Part shown: positions 1 to 11,974 of the stretch, one piece after another
Numbering within the stretch: the first letter of the stretch is position 1
Layout: each line of letters opens with the position of its first letter
Assembly (NCBI GenBank): GCA_950097015.1
Contig: CATNEN010000007.1
Span: 2,108,001 to 2,172,000 of the forward strand
Reading direction: 5' to 3'
Source: Macrostomum hystrix
Taxonomy: Eukaryota; Animalia; Platyhelminthes
Length of the DNA: 64,000 nucleotides
Program-made: the position numbers and the translations under genes
The notes under the pieces: generated by a model
The model's input: only the letters and a program-made list of their open reading frames with translations
What the model was told of the DNA's origin: nothing
The model's database searches: none

Positions 1-543
1 CAATGCTTCTTGATTGCAGGCGATCTTGATTTTTTCTAAGATTTTTATTACAATCACTTCAAGCCTTCCAGTACTACACTACTATACTCTACTCTACTCT
101 ACTCTACTCAATTCTATTTCAGAAGAATATGTCAACCAGCTCGAGTTATTAAATATTATCGTTGATATTTTCTTACATTCTGCTTACGGTTTTTGAGCAT
201 TAAACAATTACAACACTATTCACTCTACTGAAGCGAGTAGTATTTTAAAGACGAAAGCAACTATCTCAGTTTTGTTAAAAATGATTATTTTGAAAGTTTT
301 GCAATTTTAATTTCTTTATTTACACAAGGAATGCACGATCCTACCTAGAGCAAACATCGCCAGGTGTCGTGTTTGGCAAGGTCCCCGCATCATGCTCCGT
401 GACTATTAAGGCTTCATTGGCAAGCGCATTGGTCAATTAAGAACCACTTCTCACGTCAAATCAAGTAAAGTTGAATAAAAAATGGATGTCCACTGAGACT
501 TCAACTGGAGTAATATTGTTGAGAATTATTCAACGCATCCTTC

Positions 544-2380
544 TCAAAGCAGGCTGCAGGTGCATGAGTTGCTTCTGTAATGCAATTGGGAAGAGAGTTT
601 CAAAATTGTTCCTCCAAACGCTGACAATGAAATTCCAAGGAGCCTTCTCACCTGTTGCTGCCGCTAGGAGCAGCAATGCCCCGCTGGTACTCCTGCTCAG
701 CCAGCCAGAGCGGCTCAAAGTAGTTCCTGCTCGCCCAACCTGGCGTGAACGCCATCACCTCCAGTAACTGCTCCTTGGCCACCTGCCGCTGAAGCGCCGT
801 CAGTGCGGCACCGTTGGTTCGAATCCCAAGCGCCGTGATAGTCTCCTCCACCGAGCTGAACCTCAGGAAGGCGTTGCCCTGCTCACCGTTGGGCAGGGTG
901 CCCACCTCGACGAACCAGGGTCTGAGGCGGTGAGGGCAGCGCGTTCATCAACTCAGAATATTGTGGTCCCCACAGTCTCATCGTCATCACTCAATACTCG
1001 TTTCGCTTCCTCCTTCCTCTCTCCCCACCAACAATGGGGAGTTGTCTGTTGAGGAAAATGGGAGTTTAATGGGGAGCTGTCTCTTGAGGAAAATGGGAGT
1101 TTAATGGGGAGCTGTCTCTTGAGGAAAATGGGAGTTTAATGGGGAGTTGTCTGTTGAGGAAAATGGGAGTTTAATGGGGAGCTGTCTCTTGAGGAAAATG
1201 GGAGTTTAATGGGGAGTTGTCTCTTGAGGAAAATGGGAGTCTAATGAGGAGTTGTCTCTTGAGGAAAATGGGAGTTTAATGGGAAGTTGTCTCTTGAGGA
1301 AAATGGGAGTCTAATGAGGAGTTGTCTCTTGAGGAAAATGGGAGTCTAATGAGGAGTTGTCTCTTGTGGAAAATGGGAGTTTAATGGGGAGTTGTCTCTT
1401 GAGGAAAATGGGAGTTTAATGGGGAGTTGTCTCTTGAGGAAAATGGGAGTTTAATGGGGAGTTGTCTCTTGAGGAAAATGGGAGTCTAATGAGGAGTTGT
1501 CTCTTGAGGAAAATGGGAGTTTAATGGGGAGTTGTCTCTTGAGGAAAATGGGAGTTTAATGGGGAGTTGTCTCTTGAGGAAAATGGGAGTTTAATGGGGA
1601 GTTGTCTCTTGAGGAAAATGGGAGTCTAATGAGGAGTTGTCTCTTGAGGAAAATGGGAGTTTAATGGGGAGTTGTCTCTTGAGGAAAATGGGAGTCTAAT
1701 GAGGAGTTGTCTCTTGAGGAAAATGGGAGTTTAATGGGGAGTTGTCTCTTGAGGAAAATGGGAGTCTAATGAGGAGTTGTCTCTTGAGGAAAATGGGAGT
1801 TTAATGGGGAGTTGTCTCTTGAGGAAAATGGGAGTTTAATGGGGAGTTGTCTCTTGAGGAAAATGGGAGTTTAATGGGGAGTTGTCTCTTGAGGAAAATG
1901 GGAGTTTAATGGGGAGTTGTCTCTTGAGGAAAATGGGAGTCTAATGAGGAGCTGTCTCTTGAGGAAAATGGGAGTCTAATGAGGAGTTGTCTCTTGAGGA
2001 AAATGGGAGTCTAATGGGGAGTTGTCTCTTGAGGAAAATGGGAGTCTAATGAGGAGTTGTCTCTTGAGGAAAATGGGAGTCTAATGAGGAGTTGTCTCTT
2101 GAGGAAAATGGGAGCTTGATGAGGAGTTACTGAGGGCTCACACTGCATCGGGCGGCAGTTTCTTAGCAAACTGAATGACAAACAGCCTTTCACTGTAGGT
2201 CGTGCTGGCATAGTTGGCATAGTCCGTCAGGCTATTTGGTATGCAGTCGTGTACATCGTTGACACACTTCAGGTAGTACATGAGGCGGCCGATACTGCTG
2301 CGGGGAACCTCCGCTGTGCTGCTGGTGTCTTCAACATGCAACTGGCGATTGCGCACCAGAGCGAGAGCTGCACCAGACAT
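544..2380 (-). CDS. Small CaaX-terminated protein family, copy 1 (intact, 179 aa, 3 exons)
   Basis: Exons 2380-2142 (MSGAAL...QLHVE...RLMYYLKC...PPDA), 921-652 (PWFVEV...TITALGIR...EVMAF...RNYFEPL) and 574-544 (RSNSCTCSLL*). All introns are GT-AG and phase 2, the frame is continuous, and the structure matches four paralogs in the window. Confidence 0.82.
1035..2130. repeat. 35-bp minisatellite (GAGGAAAATGGGAGTTTAATGGGGAGTTGTCTCTT) in intron 1 of family copy 1
   Basis: About 30 tandem units with few variants (TTT/TCT, GGG/GAG). Confidence 0.95.
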
Positions 2381-2795
2381 GGCTATTGCCAGTTGTTGCT
2401 GCAAACAATTTGTCTCCTCGTATTTTGCGCAGTTCGCCCAGACAGTTAAAAGGAAAGCTGGCAAGTCCATTATCTAATGAACTCATTCGATATCTCATGA
2501 TTGCTTTAATAGGTAACCTTGGCAACTTGGAGTCTTCTTATCTCCATGTCTGTTGCGCCATTAATTTCGCTAAATAGGTCTCAAAATTTGGCTGAGACGA
2601 CAGTGTCACCTGACTGAAATAATTGGCTAAAAAATTGACTTTCCAAGTACATAAAGAATATTCAGAGGACTGCAAGCACGCTCAGGGTTGGCTTGCCACT
2701 TCTCTTGCACGAAAGCAAAAAATTACTAGATAGCTTGTAGATTTTGAATATTAAAGTTTGAACGAGTATTCACTTGCTACTAATTGGGCCCTGAT

Positions 2796-4010
2796 CTAAC
2801 TAGACCCATCCTAGCTAGACCCATTCTAACTAGACCCATCCTAACTAGACCCATCCTAGCTAGACCCATCCTAGCTAGACCCATCCTAGCTAGACCCATC
2901 CTAACTAGGCCCATCCTAGCTAGACCCATCCTAACTAGGCCCATCCCAGCTAGACCCATCCTAGCTAGACCCATCCTAGCTAGACCCATCCTAGATAGAC
3001 CCATCCTAACTAGACCCATCCTAGCTAGGCCCATCCTAGCTAGACCCATCCTAACTAGGCCCATCCCAGCTAGACCCATCCTAGCTAGACCCATCCTAGC
3101 TAGACCCATCCTAGATAGACCCATCCTAACTAGACCCATCCTAGCTAGACCCATCCTAGCTAGACCCATCCTAGCTAGACCCATCCTAGCTAGACCCATC
3201 CTAGCTAGACCCATCCTAGCTAGACCCATCCTAACTAGACCCATCCTAGCTAGACCCATCCTAACTAGACCCATCCTAACTAGATCCATCCTAACTAGAC
3301 CCATCCCTAACTAGACCCATCTATATTAGACCCATCCTAACTAGACCCATCCAAACTAGACCCATCCTAACTAGACCCATCCTAACTAGATCCATCCTAA
3401 CTAGATCCATCCTAAGTAGACCCATCCCTAACTAGACCCATCTATATTAGACCCATCCTAACTAGACCCATCCAAACTAGACCCATCCTAACTAGACCCA
3501 TCCTAACTAGATCCATCCTAACTAGACCCATCCCTAACTAGACCCATCTATATTAGACCCATCCTAACTAGACCCATCCAAACTAGACCCATCCTAACTA
3601 GACCCATCCTAACTAGACCCATCCTAACTAGACCCATCCTAGCTAGACCCATCCTAGCTAGACCCATCCTAGCTAGACCCATCCTAGCTAGACCCATCCT
3701 AACTAGACCCATCCTAGCTAGACCCATCCTAACTAGGCCCATCCTAGCTAGACCCATCCTAACTAGGCCCATCCTAGCTAGACCCATCCTAGCTAGACCC
3801 ATCCTAACTAGACCCATCCTAACTAGGCCCATCCTAGCTAGACCCATCCTAGCTAGACCCATCCTAGCTAGACCCATCCTAACTAGACCCATCCTAACTA
3901 GATCCATCCTAGCTAGACCCATCCTAGCTAGACCCATCCTAACTAGACCCATCCTAACTAGGCCCATCCTAACTAGACCCATCCTAACTAGACCCATCCT
4001 AGCTAGACCC
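2796..4010. repeat. 15-bp satellite (AGACCCATCCTARCT), left arm
   Basis: Homogeneous tandem array with AACT/AGCT unit variants. Confidence 0.97.
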
Positions 4011-7000
4011 AGCACCACTCGTGGAAAGCTCGGTCACAAATCTCAAAGCCGAGTAAGACCTACATACACTAACCTGACTACCAGCGGCCTCGCCGCATCT
4101 GCCAGCGGCCTCGCAGCTCCTGCCAGCGGCCTCGCCGCACCTACAAGCGACCTCACCGCACCTACCAGCGGCCTCGCCGCACCTACCAGCGGCCTCGCCG
4201 CACCTGCTAGCGGCCTCGCCGCACCTACCAGCGGCCTCGCCGCACCTGCTAGCGGCCTCGCCGCACCTGCCAGCGCCCTCGCCTCACCCACCAGCGGCCT
4301 CGCCGCATCTGCCAGCGGCCTCGCCGCACCTACCAGCGGCCTCGCCGCACCCACCAGCGGCCTCGCCGCAGCCACCAGCGGCCTCGCCGCACCCACCAGC
4401 GGCCTCGCCGCACCTGCCAGCGGCCTCGCCGCACCCACCAGCGGCCTCGCCGCACCTGCCAGTCCAGTCGGCTCTATCGCATTCGGTGTACCTAACCAAC
4501 AGGACGCTGTACAACAACTTATTGGCGCAATGGCTCAGATGATGCAGCAGAACCAGCTGCTCGTACAACAGCTTCACATAAACTAGACCACATCCCAGCC
4601 CGCCCCTCCGACGCCTCGACCGACGTCCCTCTTCGGCGACACCGTCCTCCGCAATGTTCAACTTCAAGGTTTCGACGGTGAAGACCCAGCTAGTTTCCCT
4701 GCATTTTGGAGTTCTTTCACTTACCGCATCGACAGCAGCAACTACACAGACGTCGATAAATTTGAAGCTCTTCGCGGGCTTCTCGCTGGCGCTGCCCTCC
4801 GGAAACTAGGTGGTCTGGACGCCTGTCAACCGGGGGCCTACAACCAAGCCTGCCAAATTCTCCAAGCTAATTATGGCGACCTGTGGGAGCAGAAGAGCAC
4901 CTGCTTCAGGCGACTTCTCGCGATGCCGCAGCTTTGCAACATCGACCACCAGAGCCTGGAGGAATTTTCAGACACACTTCGCCTCACAGTCGGCCAGCTA
5001 ACCCGCCTCGGTGAAACCAGTGCTGCCCTGGATCCCTACGTGCATGCACTGTGGCCAAAGCTCCCACCGGCGCTCCAATCAGATATCCAGGATGTGCGTT
5101 GTAAGGCGTTGCAACCGCTAATTCCAACAATGCAAGAGCTCCAGGGACACCTCGACAACAAGCTTCGTGCCATCCGTGCCTCGCAAACCAACTACGCAAC
5201 AGCTGCTTTCGCCCCCTATGCCGGAGCTAGTCTAATCAACGCTGCCACAAACCGCTCCGTAACTTCATCCACTCCGAGTGCTGGTCACGTGCACACACGT
5301 GCACATGCACCGATCTGCGTCTACTGCGAACGGTCAGGACACTCCAGTCAGACATGCGGCGTAATTTCGAAGCCCGATGATCGGCTCCGCATTATTCGAA
5401 GCAAGGCCCTGTGCCTCAACTGCCTGCGTAGCCATGCCACCTCAAACTGTAGCTCCCGGAACAGATGCCGCGAGTGTCGAGCATTGCACCACACATCACT
5501 TCACGGAGCGCGTTTCAATCCACCACCGCATGTTCTTCACGTCGACTCAACAGCGAAAGCCAACAGCAACCTCGACTCGACGACCGCATTGCCGACGGCA
5601 TTCGCCAACTTAAAAGCCATGAACGATAACACCATCAATACCGTCTCCTGCATCTCCTCCACCTGCGACGAGTTGATAAGACCATCCATCATGGCCACAT
5701 TCTCTGCCACTGCTGTAAACCCGACTAGCGGCGGAACTACGCGAGTGTCGGTCCTCATCGATGGCGGCTGCAGTTTCACGTACATAAAACTCGATGTGGC
5801 TCGAAAACTCGGTCTTCGTTTACATCGCCGAATCTCGCTTGACAGCTCTTCATGTCACACCAACTCTCGACGCCGAGTGACCGCAGACATCGTCGAACTC
5901 GAACTCTCAACACCCGATGGCCGCCGTTTACCACTCCGAGTTCTGGCAACCGAGCACATCGCTCCACCAATCCACATACCAGCTGTCCAGCTACCAAGTG
6001 ATATTCTGGCCACTCTGCAACACTTGCCCCATGGAATAGCCAATCTCCCAACTTCCCAAGACGGGGAACTTGAGTTAGATTTGCTCATCGGTAACGACTA
6101 TGCTCAGCGGTTAATAGGCCCGAGCGTTCCTGCAATCCCACTGCGGCCAAGTCTTACCGCGCACCTCACCCCGTTTGGTGCCGTCCTCACAGGCTGCCTC
6201 GAAAATACCGACGATTGTAAATCCAGTGGGCTTCTCAACTCTAGTCAACTCATCGCCAACTCACTTCTGTCACAATCCCGTCCCGACAACCTTGAATGTC
6301 TGGTCGACCGAATGACCAGCCTCGAGCTGCTCGGCATCGAAAGAGGGGCCGAACAACCCAATCCACGAGGCGACGTTTTGACGAAAGACCTCCTGGACTC
6401 GGCCACACGTGGATCGGACGGTCGTTACTCGGTCGCATTACCCTTCAAGCCTGGAGCGGAGCAACTCCCATCAAACTTCGGACAAGCTTGGGGTCGCGCT
6501 CAGGCTACACACCGTCGTCTTTCACAGGCGGAACGTCAAGAGTACTATGGAGAGTTTGAAAAGCACAAAGCAGAAGGGATCCTGGAAATCGTCGATGACA
6601 CTAGTCCAAAAGGAAAGATCATCCATGTCCTGTCACACTTTCCCGTCATCAAGATGTCTTCAAACACCACAAAAGTACGACCAGTTATAGACGCCTCAGC
6701 GCCAACATCTCTAGGGGGCGTCTCTCTCAACGACCTCATGGAGTCTGGGCCAAACTTGCTCACCAACCTCTTCAAGGTTCAGCTACGTCTCCGAACCTCA
6801 AAGTTTATCTGCCTCAGCGACATCCAGGCCGCCTTTTACCAAGTACTCATGCACGAGTATTGTCGGGACGCCCAACGTGTTATCCTACCCAAAAACATCG
6901 ACCTGCCGCTTACACGTGACAATTTCCAAGTCTGGCGCTTCACCCGTATCGTCATGGGAGCCAGATCATCACCGTGGATCCTTGCCGCCGTCATTCGGAA

Positions 7001-8387
7001 ACTCTGCCTGGATGCCATGGATTCCGGAAAATCAGGTCTTAGCTCTCGACAGCTTGAGCAGCTACCCTACAGCCTCTATGTCGACAACTTGGTCCAGGGC
7101 TATGACGTTCAAGAAGAGGGCCCACGTATCGTTGCCGCAACCCGAGCTCTCTTCCGATCCGCTGGGTTTCACCTCCGCCAGTTTGCCGCCAGTGACCCAG
7201 GAGCGCTCTGCGACGTGCCCTGGGCAGATCAGATCCACGAACCAGTCGTCAAGAGCCTCGGAATCCTCTGGGACACACAGAGTGACCAACTGAGCCTGGC
7301 CAGTCCACAGCTGAAATTGGACCCTAATCTCAACCGGGCCAGTCTTCTTAAGGGAATCTCTACGCCATACGACCCGTGCGGTTACGCAGCGCCCCTGCTT
7401 CTAGCTGGACGTCTTCTATATCACGAAAGCTTCGGTCCTATGGATGCATGGAACAAGCCTGCCTCAACCGATACTGTTGAGAGCTGGCGCAGACTCCTCA
7501 ATGATTTCAACGAGATCTGCCGTATTACCGTTCCTCGTCGCTGCCTCGCAGACCAGGCACTACCCAGTAGGCTCGTGATCTTCAGCGACGCCTCACCTCG
7601 AGCTTACGGGTACACAACTTACCTGCATCAGAATGGGAAGGACCTCACCAACTGCTGCCTCATCAACGCCAAGGCCCGCCTCGCTCCATCTGGCCGCAAG
7701 AATGTACTCATCACGGTTCCTCGCCTTGAGCTCTGGGTCGCATTAATCGCCAACCGAGCCGCGATTTTCCTACGCGACTCCTTTAACCTAGGCAAGAGGC
7801 TCAGTGGCATAACCCACTTCATGGACAGTCAGATAGTCCTACACTGGATCCACAATGGGGCCAAGCTCCGTCCCTATGAGGCCCGCCGCGTTCAGGAGAT
7901 CTTGGAGTCCAACCTGACTGACGACTACCGCTACGTCAACACCGCTGAGAACCCTGCCGATTGTTGCACAAGGCCACTTACACTCAGCCAACTTCTTAAT
8001 TCAAATTTCTTCACCGGACCTCGATTCCTCCGACAGCCACATGGGGAGTGGCCATCTCAGACAACACCCACACCCACGAACTCCACGATTCTCCAAGGCA
8101 TCCCACCAGCCCAGAAAAAGACCAAGAAGACAAGCGCTTTCCTGTCTGCATCGAACAGATGCGCCCCCCTGCAGACATGGATATCAACCGCTTCGGCAAA
8201 CTCAGTGCCCTTCTCGGAACTCTCGCATACGTTATCCGTTTCGTCAAGCGAAGAAACCGAGTCACCGCGCCAGATGCCTCGGAACGCCAGGCTGCTCTTC
8301 ACTTGTGGATCAAATGGGTACAGAGAGAGCGCTACGCTGACGCAATCAATGCCATACAGGAAGGCAGACCCAAAAGCTGCAAGATAG
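4011..8387 (+). pseudogene. BEL/Pao gag-protease-RT-RNase H frame (premature TAG at 4584-4586)
   Basis: Frame open from the satellite junction. Motifs: Gag FDGEDPASFPAFWSSF...DKFEALRGLLAG; knuckles CVYCERSGHSSQTC, CLNCLRSHATSNC, CRECRALHHTSLH; protease VLIDGGCSFTYI; RT RPVIDAS, DIQAAFYQV, YVDNL; RNase H FSDAS, VPRLEL, DSQIVLHWI, NPADCCTR. Confidence 0.9.
4080..4460 (+). repeat. 21-bp coding tandem repeat in Gag (T/A-SGLAAP heptads)
   Basis: CCAGCGGCCTCGCCGCACC(T/C)(A/G) repeated about 18 times, in frame with gag. Confidence 0.9.
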
Positions 8388-9823
8388 TCGCGCAGCTTGA
8401 CCTCTTCTTGGATGACGAAGGTCTGATCCGCCTCAATTCCCGCATGGCAAACGCAACCTTAGACGCAGACGCAATCTACCCAATGCTCCTTCCACCCGAT
8501 CATCATCTCACTCACCTGCTCATACTCTACTTCCACAAACGAGATTGCCACAGCAGCGCCATATCTGTTCTACGGAGCCTTCGCGACCGTTTCTGGATTG
8601 TCCGTGGTCTCTCCACTGTCCGCTCAAGCCTCCGCCAGTGTCTTCCATGCCGATTCACGAAGGGACGCACACTCCCTCCCCCACAGCATGGCCAGCTACC
8701 ACCAGAGCGCCTCAACTCATCAGGCCCTGCGTTCAGCTCTCTGCTCGTCGACCAGCTGGGCCCCGTCTTGACGACCGATACGAAGACCCGCACTATCAAC
8801 AAACGATGGGCAATGCTCCTCTGTTGCGCCTCAAGCCGCGCGGTCCATCTCGAGTACCTCCATGACTATTCTGCGGACTCAGTTCTCCATGCTTTCGAGC
8901 GATTCTGGGCCCGCCGGGGACTCACCGAAGCCAGCATCTTCCTAGACCAGGCAACCGCCTTCCAAGCGGCCGGCAAAATCATCGACTCTCTGCTAACACC
9001 AACGTTCCAGCACAAACTCCTAGCTGACCTCAAACCATTCGCCACTGCTAGACAACTCCACTTCAAATTCGCACCGGCACGCGCTCCGTGGCACCAAGGA
9101 GCCGTCGAGCGACTGGTTGGGATGGTCAAAGCCAGCCTTCGACCCGCACTTTGGCGCCGGCGGATCTCGGACGAAGAGTTCCTCACCCTGCTGACAAAGA
9201 TCGAGGCTGTCTTGAACTCTCGCCCGCTGACATCTTTCTCGAATGACCCTAGCGATACGCGCCCCCTAACGCCAGCCGATCTCATCGCTCCTAGCGCTCG
9301 ACTTGACTTGCCTGCAGCGCCTGAGCACCTTTTTCCATCTGCCGGGACCACGACCAGCAACCAACTACGAGCTCTCTATCGACGCCGCGAGCAAATCATT
9401 GACGCTTTCTGGGCGCGATGGAACCGCGACTACATTCAACAACTCCACTCGATCCACTTACAACACCGTAGACGACACGGCGAGCACTCACACCAGCCCC
9501 TCGTTGGACAGCTCTACCTCCTCGCCGACCAGACTCCGCGGTCAAACTGGAAGACGTGCCGCGTCATCGAAGTCCATCCCGACAGTCATGATATCACCCG
9601 TTATTTCACTGTCCGAACGAGCACCGGTCACGAGTCCCGCCGTGCCATCACGCATCTCGTCCCTCTCGAGGCCGACATTATCGATTTCCAGACCGCGGCC
9701 AACGCCGGCAGGACTCTAGTTCCACCCGGTTCTGGCAGCAAGGACGATCCGGTACAAACCAACCGCGCTCGACGGGCCATGCGACGACAACTTCTACGTG
9801 ACTCTCCTTTTAACATTGCGTAA
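8048..9823 (+). CDS. BEL/Pao integrase portion (frameshifted relative to the upstream pol frame)
   Basis: DINRFGKL..LAYVIRF linker, H-H-C-C zinc motif (FHKRDCH...CLPC), DDE core (VDQLGP, DQATAF, GAVERLVG) and C-terminal FWARWNRDY. Confidence 0.9.
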   Translation: MAISDNTHTHELHDSPRHPTSPEKDQEDKRFPVCIEQMRPPADMDINRFGKLSALLGTLAYVIRFVKRRNRVTAPDASERQAALHLWIKWVQRERYADAINAIQEGRPKSCKIVAQLDLFLDDEGLIRLNSRMANATLDADAIYPMLLPPDHHLTHLLILYFHKRDCHSSAISVLRSLRDRFWIVRGLSTVRSSLRQCLPCRFTKGRTLPPPQHGQLPPERLNSSGPAFSSLLVDQLGPVLTTDTKTRTINKRWAMLLCCASSRAVHLEYLHDYSADSVLHAFERFWARRGLTEASIFLDQATAFQAAGKIIDSLLTPTFQHKLLADLKPFATARQLHFKFAPARAPWHQGAVERLVGMVKASLRPALWRRRISDEEFLTLLTKIEAVLNSRPLTSFSNDPSDTRPLTPADLIAPSARLDLPAAPEHLFPSAGTTTSNQLRALYRRREQIIDAFWARWNRDYIQQLHSIHLQHRRRHGEHSHQPLVGQLYLLADQTPRSNWKTCRVIEVHPDSHDITRYFTVRTSTGHESRRAITHLVPLEADIIDFQTAANAGRTLVPPGSGSKDDPVQTNRARRAMRRQLLRDSPFNIA

Positions 9824-9840
9824 CTTCGCCCCCCCCACCC

Positions 9841-10155
9841 TGTCGGAAATGCTTCCTCCAGAACTCCTTCTCGTCGTTTCCTTCGACTCTCCTCTTTTCT
9901 CTCTTGCTCACCAACTAGTTAATCAGTACGTTTCACTGCACTTTAATTGTTTCGCTTTCTATCGTCCTTTTAGCCCATAGACTACGCATCCTGCCCGCCC
10001 CTTGTTACTCAATCGTTGTCTATGTTTCTAATTCCTTTCTCGGTACAGTTCCCCTTTAGTTGCTTCTAGTGCGCACTAAGCCCACAAGAGCTTCGAACCA
10101 AATACTTTCAATATACAAGTCAAATACAAGCAAAGAAGTTTTGTCCCAAGCGACA
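9841..10155 (+). repeat. 3' LTR of the BEL/Pao element (315 bp)
   Basis: Starts TGTCG just after the integrase stop and ends CGACA, a 5-bp terminal inverted repeat. The satellite resumes immediately afterwards. Confidence 0.8.
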
Positions 10156-11235
10156 AGGCCCATCCTAGCTAGACCCATCCTAGCTAGACCCATCCTAGCT
10201 AGACCCATCCTAACTAGACCCATCCTAACTAGGCCCATCCTAGCTAGACCCATCCTAGCTAGACCCATCCTAGCTAGACCCATCCTAACTAGGCCCATCC
10301 TAACTAGACCCATCCTAACTAGACCCATCCTAGCTAGACCCATCCTAGCTAGACCCATCCTAGCTAGACCCATCCTAGCTAGACCCATCCTAGCTAGACC
10401 CATCCTAACTAGGCCCATCCTAGCTAGACCCATCCTAGCTAGACCCATCCTAGCTAGACCCATCCTAACTAGACCCATCCTAACTAGGCCCATCCTAGCT
10501 AGACCCATCCTAGCTAGACCCATCCTAACTAGACCCATCCTAACTAGGCCCATCCTAACTAGACCCATCCTAACTAGACCCATCCTAACTAGACCCATCC
10601 TAGCTAGACCCATCCTAACTAGACCCATCCTAACTAGGCCCATCCTAGCTAGACCCATCCTAGCTAGACCCATCCTAGCTAGACCCATCCTAGCTAGACC
10701 TATCCTAACTAGACCCATCCTAGCTAGACCCATCCTAACTAGGCCCATCCTAGCTAGACCCATCCTAGCTAGACCCATCCTAACTAGACCCATCCTAACT
10801 AGGCCCATCCTAGCTAGACCCATCCTAGCTAGACCCATCCTAACTAGACCCATCCTAACTAGACCCATCCTAACTAGGCCCATCCTAGCTAGACCCATCC
10901 TAGCTAGACCCATCCTAGCTAGACCCATCCTAGCTAGACCCATCCTAACTAGACCCATCCTAGCTAGACCCATCCTAACTAGACCCATCCTAGCTAGACC
11001 CATCCTAACTAGGCCCATCCTAGCTAGACCCATCCTAGCTAGACCCATCCTAACTAGACCCATCCTAACTAGACCCATCCTAACTAGATCCATCCTAACT
11101 AGACCCATCCCTAACTAGACCCATCTATATTAGACCCATTCTAACTAGACCCATCCATACTCGTAACTAGACCCATCGTAACTAGACCCATCCGTAACTA
11201 GACCCATCCGTAACTAGACCCATCCCTAACTAGAT
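10156..11235. repeat. 15-bp satellite, right arm
   Basis: Same unit as 2796-4010, degenerating at about 11140-11235. Confidence 0.97.
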
Positions 11236-11974
11236 GTCGCTAAATATTCTATCTCCAAATAAACCCTTTCCTAAAGACCAATGCACTAAATGACAGCAGG
11301 AGAAGGTATATACTAGTAGGCATTTACCTTCGTCGGCCATTTCTGCGCATCTTGAAAAATGCGCTAGTATATTTTTCCATCTCTTTCGACTGTAGGTTTC
11401 ACAACGCCCATCAGCACATCCGCATACGTGCTTCTCTTGACCTTCAAAATAAACAGACTGAGTTGCTGCACAAGCAGGTGGCAGATCTTATCTTTTGCAA
11501 CTTGGCGTCACGCCTCTGTCTCTTCGTTTCTACTCGAATACTTTAACAAATAGACTTTTGTTTCAGGGCTGCAAGCCGCGGAAAAGTCCAGAGATTTCAA
11601 TAGAGGGCCACTCTCTATTGATAAGTATGAGATTAACACTATTTGAGTTACTCGTAACAATTGAATAGTTGCATTTTTACGACCTCAGCCTTATAAAACT
11701 GGGATGGAATTCACGCTTCAATGATTTTGTTTTTCCATTTTGCAGCCATGTGTTTTATTACTCGTATATTAGGTTTTTATTTTTTTGGTCTATCCTTAAT
11801 TTTGCTATTTAGATGGTGCAGTGACTTAAAAACATCAGAATTCTATACCTGAGTCTGAGTTGTGAGACACGACTCAAATTGAGAAAATAGGTCATAAACT
11901 CAGTCATTTTATTACCTATTTAAGAGATGATTCTCAAGAGAAAAGCAGCTGACAGCTTATCTCAACTCCAGAAC

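Larger units (their letters stand above)
4011..10155 (+). mobile_element. BEL/Pao LTR retrotransposon, 5'-truncated (3' LTR only)
   Basis: Domain order Gag - three CCHC-type knuckles - protease - RT (YVDN) - RNase H - integrase, followed by a TGTCG...CGACA LTR. No 5' LTR or PBS is visible. Confidence 0.93.

Noticed and set aside
2780-4018. Long MGLVR/RPILA repeat ORFs (also 10056-11118)
   Set aside because: Stop-free frames of the 15-bp satellite, with no unique coding sequence or splice context.
3548-4590. Satellite RPILA frame is continuous with gag, suggesting a fusion protein; a satellite-like AACTAGACCACATCC also overlaps the gag stop
   Set aside because: One-in-three chance of being in frame, no start codon or promoter, a stop at 4584, and the short match is imperfect and could be coincidental.
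11327-11340. ATGGCCGACGAAG|gtaaat on the minus strand as a possible upstream exon for family copy 1 (via ~2517-2548)
   Set aside because: The joining exon has a weak donor, the other paralogs lack such an extension, and there is no supporting evidence.
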